DNA of 63,736 nucleotides, counting the filler, from Reclinomonas americana ATCC 50394 (lineage: Eukaryota): the NCBI GenBank assembly GCA_048213135.1. It is 33 parts of 33 records of this genome, joined end to end, with 100 filler letters (N's around TTAATTAATTAA, not from the genome) between each part and the next. Parts side by side here need not be neighbours in the genome. Positions count along the whole stretch, not along the records: positions 57,067 to 59,777 come from AFZH01024529.1; positions 59,878 to 61,983 come from AFZH01024530.1; positions 62,084 to 63,736 come from AFZH01024533.1; 30 more parts are not named here. One strand, written 5' to 3'. Under the pieces are notes generated by a model that saw nothing but the letters and a program-made list of their open reading frames with translations, did no database searches and was not told where the DNA came from. Below, in pieces: positions 57,067 through 63,736 of the stretch. The position numbers and the translations under genes are program-made. How positions within the stretch are numbered: position 1 is the first letter of the stretch; the number at the start of each line of letters is the position of its first letter.

Positions 57067-60000
57067 AGCGCAGAGTTCCCCGAGACATGAGATGCGGCAA
57101 GGAGGGACTGCGCTCCCACCAACGCTCCACCACCAGTTACGTGTTCACCAGAAACGGAGTTTTTCGAGATGATACATCCAGCTGCCGAGCTTGATGCGTC
57201 GAGCAGCATTGCGCCACCTCCATGAGAGCGACCGGCAATGACAAGCGGGACAGACGATTGCACGGAGTTGCCAGTCAGGGTTGACGAGGAAACCGCGGCA
57301 CCGTCAGCGGCGAGCACCGCACCGCCACCGCAGAATCCACCTGAAGGATATAGCGCATTCCCAGCACCAGCGTCCTCCACGCGGTTGTCGACGAACTGAG
57401 AAGCGGAGAGGTATGAGGGCGAATTCACCAACAGCACGGCACCACCACCGTTGTGGTTGCTGCCTTGCCCATTGAGAGTGTTGCTGAGGCCACCCACACC
57501 GTCACGGAGAGACTGGTTGCCGACAAATGTGCAACTGGAAATGTTGAATGTGCCCTGAGAGCGGAGATACGAATGGGGGAGTGAGTGGGCTTCTAGCACG
57601 ACAATATGAGCAACAGAAACGATGCAACTGTTGTTGTCGACGGTGCAACCAGCAGCGCCGCTCCTCCACCATTGAAGCCGCCAAAAGATGCACCGATCGT
57701 GCTGTTGAAACCGCCCGCACCGTTGCGCCACGACGTGTTGTTGAGAAACAGGGACTGGCTGAGCGTCTGCAACGTTGAGGTGAGAGACTCAGGACTTTGC
57801 AAAGGCGGATGCACTCAGTGACAGGCAGACAGACCAGGAAGGATGCAGAATTTGGGGTGGAGAAGACAAGCAGTGCGCCTCCGCCGGAGAATGTTGAAAG
57901 GCTGCTTCCCGACGATGTATTTCCGCTTCCCCCGTTTCCTGTGTGAACGATGAGTAAGTGTGATTTGATCATAGAAAATTCTGACGATTGCACGGCAAGA
58001 GTGGGGATCACCATTGCCGCCAGCGGAGTTGTTGAAGAAGATGCAGCCGGAAATCTGTTTGAGCAGCACAACGCGACAAGTAAATGGCAGTCTAAGTCAT
58101 TAAGAGTAGACGAAAAGCAGAACCTCGAGAGTGCCAGGAAGAGCGACCAAGACGGCGCCACCACCACTGGCTGACCCGGTGGCATCGCCGCGGTTGGCAC
58201 CGCTGCCTCCAACAGAATTCGATAAAACCACATTGGAGAGGAATGAGCAGCCCCGTAAAACCGCCTGTGCAAGTGTAAATGTAAGGTCAGGTAGTTATGC
58301 AGATAGACGATGAAGCGAGAAACCGTGTTAGTGTTGCTCCCGAGTGATACAAGCAATGCGCCACCTCCATTTTGAGAACTCGATGCGTTGTCAGCGAGTT
58401 GACTCGATCCCCCATTTCCATTTGTGCTGGCCTCATTGCTCTCGAACCGACAACCCTCAATTATCTATTTGTGGGATTGTGTGAAAATCGGATATACTAT
58501 GACGACAACAAGCACGTGGGTACGAACCAAGTTCGATGTCGATCCGGCGACAAGCGAGACTAGCATGACTCCACCCCCATTCATGCTGCTAGAGGCACTG
58601 GCTGAAACTGTGTACGGCGACGCACGAGAACATCCGCGTGTTAGAATCGTAAACCACGAGATCGCAATGCGGTTGTCGTCGTGGTGGCGTAGGTGGCCTC
58701 ACCCGCAGAGCTGGAGCCGCCATTCCCATTGTTATTTGCAGCATTCGACGTGAAGGTGCAGTTGCTGATTACCGACGTCTGCAAAAACAACAACAACAAC
58801 AACAACACCAACAACAACAGACGCACACAAAGTGAGAGTGACACGAAAACAAACAGTCTCTCAACTCTTTCCAAGCTTGTGCAAACATGCAACCAACAAT
58901 AGGAAAGAGAGAAAGAGAGAGTGAGAGAAAGAGAGAGAGAGAACACACCTGACTGGTAGAGGCACCGGCATAGACCAGCATGACACCACCACCATTCACG
59001 CTACCGCTGCTATCCGCACTCGTACCGCCTACAAGCAAAAAGCACACATCAACCAGGTCAAACCGTACGTGCAATCAACGTCACACACACATTCGCTCTC
59101 ATACACGCATCGTGAACCGGAACATAAGACCAACATGCACCGCACGCACACACACCAAGTGTCATTCATATTACTCACCATCTGCACCACCATTTCCATT
59201 GTAGCTTGCAGTATTCGACGTGAAGGTGCAGCTGCTGATGGTCTGCGACAACGACAACTACAGAGCACAACAGCAACAACAACAACAACAACAATAACAA
59301 CACGAAGAAGACGCACACAAAGTGAGAGTGACACGAAAACAAACATACTCTCAACTCATTCCAAGCTTGTACAAGCAGACAGCATAGCAATAAGAGAGAA
59401 AGGGAGAGAAAGAGAACACACCTGATATGTTGAGGCATAGGTTAAGATCAGCATGAGACCTCCACCATTCGAGTAACTGCTGCTATCCGCACTCGTACCT
59501 GCTACAAGCAAAAAGCGCACATCAACCAGGTCAAACCGTACGTGAAATCAACCTCACACACACATTCGCTCTCATACACACATCTTAAGATCTTAAACCG
59601 GAAAAGAAGAACAATATGCGCCACACGCACACGCTAAGTGTGATGCATACTTCTTCTCACCATTTACACCACCATTCCCATTGTAGCTTGCAGTATTCGA
59701 CGTAAAGGTGCAGTTGCTCATGGCCTGCAACAACAACTACAACAACAACACAATAAAAGCAACAACAACAACAACAANNNNNNNNNNNNNNNNNNNNNNN
59801 NNNNNNNNNNNNNNNNNNNNNTTAATTAATTAANNNNNNNNNNNNNNNNNNNNNNNNNNNNNNNNNNNNNNNNNNNNCGCACACAAAGTGAGAGTGACAT
59901 GGAAAACAAACAATCTCTCAACTCTTTCCAAGCTTGTGCAAACATGCAACCAACAATAGGAAAGAGAGAGAGAGAGAGAGAGAGAGAACACACCTGAAAT

Positions 60001-60301
60001 GTGGAGCTATTGGCGTTGATCAGCATGACACCACCACCATTCGTGAAACCGTTGCTATCGGCACTCGCACCGAAATCTGCAAGCAAAGAGCACACATCAA
60101 CCAGGTCAACCGTACGTGCAATCGGTTGAACCTCACACACACATTCACTCTCGTGCACACATCTTAAACCGGAAAAGAAGAACAACATGCACCACACGCA
60201 CACACATCAAGTGTCATTCATGCTACTCACTGTTCACAGAACCACCATTCCCATTGTAGTATGCAGTATTCGATGTGAAGGTGCAGTTGCTGATTGTCTG
60301 C

Positions 60302-60332
<31 letters not shown>

Positions 60333-60760
60333 CGAAGAAGATGTACAGATACACAAAGTGAGGGTGACACGAAAACAAGAAGTCTCTCAACTCATCCCAA
60401 GCTTGTGCGAACATGCAACCAACAATAGGAAAGAGAGAGAGAGAGAGAGTGAGAACACACCTGATTTGTAGAGCTATTGGCGTTGATCAGCATGACACCG
60501 CCACCATTCGTGTTGCCGTTGCTGTTCGCACTCGTACCGCCTGTAAGCGAAAAGCACACATCGGCCAAGTCAACCGCATGTACACTCAACCATGCACACC
60601 CACTCACGCATCTCGCATTATGATGAATCCCAAAACCACAGCAACACACAGCAAGCGAGCTCACAACAAGTGTCATTCATACCACTCACCATTTACAGAA
60701 CCACCGTTCCCATTTTCTCTTGCAGTATTCGATGTGAAGGTGCAGTCGCTAATGATCTGC

Positions 60761-60853
<93 letters not shown>

Positions 60854-60947
60854 AACACGAAGAAGACGCACACAAAGTGAGAGTGACACGAAAACAAACA
60901 ATCTCTCAACTTTTTCCAAGCTTGTGCAAACATGCAACCAACAATAG

Positions 60948-60984
<37 letters not shown>

Positions 60985-61763
60985 TGAGTGAGAACACACC
61001 TGACTTGTAGAGGTAGCGCCATAGACCAGCATGACACCACCACCATTCACGCTACCGCTGCTATCCGCCGCACTCGTACAGTCTACAAGAGAAAAGCACA
61101 CATCAACCAGGTCAAACCGTACGTGCAATCAACGTCACACACACATTCGCTCTCGTGCACACATCTTAAACCGGAACATAAGAACAACATGCACCACACG
61201 CACACACACCAAGTGTGATTCATGCTACTCACTGTTCACAGAACCACCATTCCCGTTGTAGTTTGCAGTATTCGATGTGAAGGTGCAGTTGCTGATAGTC
61301 TGCAACAAAACCAACAACAACAACACCACCACCAACAACAATAACACCACGAAGAAGACGCACAAAAAGTGAGGGTGACACGAACACAAGAAGTCTCTCA
61401 ACTCATTCCAAGCTTGTGCAAACTGAGAGAAAGAGATAGGGAGAAAGAGAGAGAGAGAGAACACACCTGACTTGTAGTAGAGGTACCGGCGTTGATCAGC
61501 ATGACACCACCACCATTCACGCTACCGCTGCTATCCGCACTCGTACTGGCTACAAGCAAAAAAGCACAAATCAACCAGGTCACGTACGTGCAAAAACGTC
61601 ACACACACATTCACTCTCATACACACATCTTAAACCGGAACAAAAGAACAACACGCACCACACGAACACACACCAAGTGTCATTCATACCACTCACCAAA
61701 TACAGAACCACCATTCCCATTGTAGTTTGCAGTATTCGATGTGAAGGTGCAGTTGCTGATGGT
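57067..61763 (-). CDS. Pmp-like / pectin-lyase-fold beta-helix protein, multi-exon, partial, spanning a spacer
   Basis: Alternating CTFxxN and GGG(A/V)(L/M/V)L motifs; small exons join in frame through GT-AG introns. Confidence 0.8.
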
Positions 61764-61892
61764 CTGCAACAACAACAGCAACAACAACAACAACAACAAC
61801 GACACCAAAAGAAAACGCACACAAAGTGAGAGTAGCACGAGGACAAACAATATCTCAACTCTTTCCAAGCTTGTGCAAACATACATCCAACA

Positions 61893-61959
<67 letters not shown>

Positions 61960-61960
61960 G
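58703..61960 (-). repeat. Tandem array of about 470-540 bp exon-intron-exon-intron cassettes containing (GA)n and (CAA)n microsatellites
   Basis: Seven A exons and six B exons, with highly similar intervening introns. Confidence 0.92.
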
Positions 61961-62083
61961 ACGTACGTACGTACGTACGTACGNNNNNNNNNNNNNNNNN
62001 NNNNNNNNNNNNNNNNNNNNNNNNNNNTTAATTAATTAANNNNNNNNNNNNNNNNNNNNNNNNNNNNNNNNNNNNNNNNNNNN

Positions 62084-62403
62084 ATGATGGCCGAGGGCGA
62101 GACCTGGCCGATACCGAACAGCACGCCGACCGCGGTGCCCAGGGCCATGGAGAGGACGCTGATCAAGAGGTTGAACAGGAATCCCTGGAAAATCAGCGGC
62201 GCCCAGCGCAGCAGGATGGTGACGGCGCCGTCGCGGGCGGCGGGGCCGGTCGCCTGCGCCATAGCGAGGGAGGCGGCGAAGAGGATGGCGACACCAGCTA
62301 TGAGCCCGGCGCTGAGCATCATCGGCGCAGCGAGCCCGCTCGGCGCGATCGGCGCCGCGCGGAAGGGTTTCAGGACGGGGAGATCGGTCGTGGCGGTCTT
62401 CAT
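62084..62403 (-). CDS. Amino acid ABC permease, 5' part
   Basis: PLIFQGFLFNLLISVLSMALGTAVGVLFG; ATGA overlap with the upstream permease. Confidence 0.85.
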
Positions 62404-63149
62404 GGCATGTATCCAGGAATGCGCATGGCCCGCTCCCAGCGATGCATCACCCAGACCAAGACCGCCACGAGCAGCACATAGACGACGAGCAGCACGTTCA
62501 TCATCTCGCGGACATTGAAGACCTCGGACCAGATCTGCGATGCCGCATAAAGCAGTTCGGGCACGCCGATGGCGTAAGCGAGCGTCGTGGTCTTCACGAG
62601 GTTGACGAGGTTGTTGTTGAGCGCAGGCAGGCAGATGCGGAAGGCGAGCGGCAGCACGATCTGGCGCCAGAGCTGGAAGCGGGTGTAGCCGAGCGATTCA
62701 GCCGCCTCGACCATCGTCTCCGGCACCGCCTCGATGCCGGCGCGGAAGATCTCGACATTGAAGGCGCCGGCGAAGAGCGAGAAGGCGATGATGGCCCAGC
62801 CGGTGCCGCTGACTAGCGGCGACTGTCCGCCGAAGCCGTCGGAGACGGTCGGCAGCATTCCGCCGACGGCAAAGTAGAAGAAGGAAAGCTGCACCAAAGG
62901 CGGCGTGTTGCGGAAGAACTGGACGTAAGCCCGCACCACGAGCCGGCCGAGCCGCGAATTGCTGCCGGCGATCCAGACGCCAAGCAGCCCGATCGCGAGC
63001 GAGGCAAAGATCGAGACGACGCAGATATAAGTCGTCGTCCACAGCCCGGTCAGGAAGCGCGAGCGGTCGAAGGCGTCGTAGAAGATCGAGAAGTTGAGGC
63101 CGTGGACCTCGTTCAGGCGCTCGAAGAAAGCGGCGATCATGTCCGACAT
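62400..63149 (-). CDS. Polar amino acid ABC permease (HisM/GlnP type)
   Basis: FFRNTPPLVQL, EIFRAGIEAVP...EAAESLG and NLVKTT motifs. Confidence 0.92.
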   Translation of the reverse strand: MSDMIAAFFERLNEVHGLNFSIFYDAFDRSRFLTGLWTTTYICVVSIFASLAIGLLGVWIAGSNSRLGRLVVRAYVQFFRNTPPLVQLSFFYFAVGGMLPTVSDGFGGQSPLVSGTGWAIIAFSLFAGAFNVEIFRAGIEAVPETMVEAAESLGYTRFQLWRQIVLPLAFRICLPALNNNLVNLVKTTTLAYAIGVPELLYAASQIWSEVFNVREMMNVLLVVYVLLVAVLVWVMHRWERAMRIPGYMP

Positions 63150-63165
63150 CTCGGGATGACTTGGT

Positions 63166-63250
63166 GCGTCATGGTCGGGCCGGGCCCGACCATCTCGAAA
63201 ACCAGAACCTTCTGGTCATGAGATTCTCGGAGCAAGCCCGAGAATGACGC
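63166..63250. repeat. REP-like palindromic intergenic element
   Basis: Hairpins ATGGTCGGGCCGGGCCCGACCAT and ATTCTCGGAGCAAGCCCGAGAAT, bounded by GCGTCAT...ATGACGC. Confidence 0.7.
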
Positions 63251-63258
63251 GCCCTCGC

Positions 63259-63736
63259 CTACGAGCCGCCCTTCAGCTTCTTGTTGGTCTCGATCAAATA
63301 GGGGCTCTGCTTGATACCCCATTTGGTCTCGAGCGCGAGCAGCTTGCCGCTCTTGTGCCAGTCGACCGACATCTCCTTGACCAGCTTGCCGAAGGGGCCG
63401 TCGAGATCCTCGAGCCGCACGCCGATGGCCCAGAGCTGCGGGTCTTCCGAGACCAGCGGCATCTCGTAATTCGCCCATTTCGGGTCGCCGCCCGACAGGG
63501 TCGAGACGATCAGCGTGTCGTCGAACAGGAAGGCGACGCAGTTATTGCCCTGCAGCGCGTTGAGGGCGTCGGGCACCGAGGGGAACACCACCATCTCCGG
63601 CGAATACATCTGCGAGACGCGGCGGTTGTAATAGGCGCCCTGCACAGCGCAGACCTTGCGGCCCTTGAGGTCTTCCCATTTCTTCAAGCCGGCGCTCTTG
63701 GGCGCGAGCACATTGGTGGCGCCGGCATAATAGTTC
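63259..63736 (-). CDS. Amino acid ABC substrate-binding protein (family 3), C-terminal part
   Basis: WEDLKGRKVCAVQGAYYN...ALQGNNCVAFLFD...WHKSGKLLALETKWG. Confidence 0.9.
   Translation of the reverse strand, partial: NYYAGATNVLAPKSAGLKKWEDLKGRKVCAVQGAYYNRRVSQMYSPEMVVFPSVPDALNALQGNNCVAFLFDDTLIVSTLSGGDPKWANYEMPLVSEDPQLWAIGVRLEDLDGPFGKLVKEMSVDWHKSGKLLALETKWGIKQSPYLIETNKKLKGGS

Overview
This is not one continuous locus. It is 33 short contigs joined by 32 identical artificial 100-nt spacers (N-run + TTAATTAATTAA + N-run), and at least three organisms appear to be mixed (taxonomy inferred from gene style only). (1) A high-GC actinobacterium, Microbacterium-like: sugar and peptide ABC transporters, an FAD oxidoreductase, a clan GH-A hydrolase, a polysaccharide lyase, an LLM monooxygenase and a DUF222-HNH gene. 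(2) An alphaproteobacterium, Bosea/Rhizobiales-like: VOC, MFS, a proline-racemase-family dehydratase, a desaturase/XRE/Rieske/ammonia-lyase cluster, ArsR-SRPBCC, the msrP 5' end and an amino-acid ABC transporter. (3) An intron-rich microbial eukaryote: Vps16, a CCR4-like EEP nuclease, a Ser/Thr kinase, a CCCH finger, and several large surface proteins (EGF + Gly/Ser/Thr solenoid, FN3, H-lectin-like, Pmp-like beta-helix). The most striking signals are in the eukaryote. About ten manually reconstructed introns use a +1-shifted donor (GTTGCG type, G at +6 instead of +5), almost always when the last exon base is not G. Two loci are built from tandemly duplicated exon+intron cassettes. EGF domains are fused to phage-fibre-like 11-residue repeats. 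All gene models were read by hand; no database search or RNA data were available.
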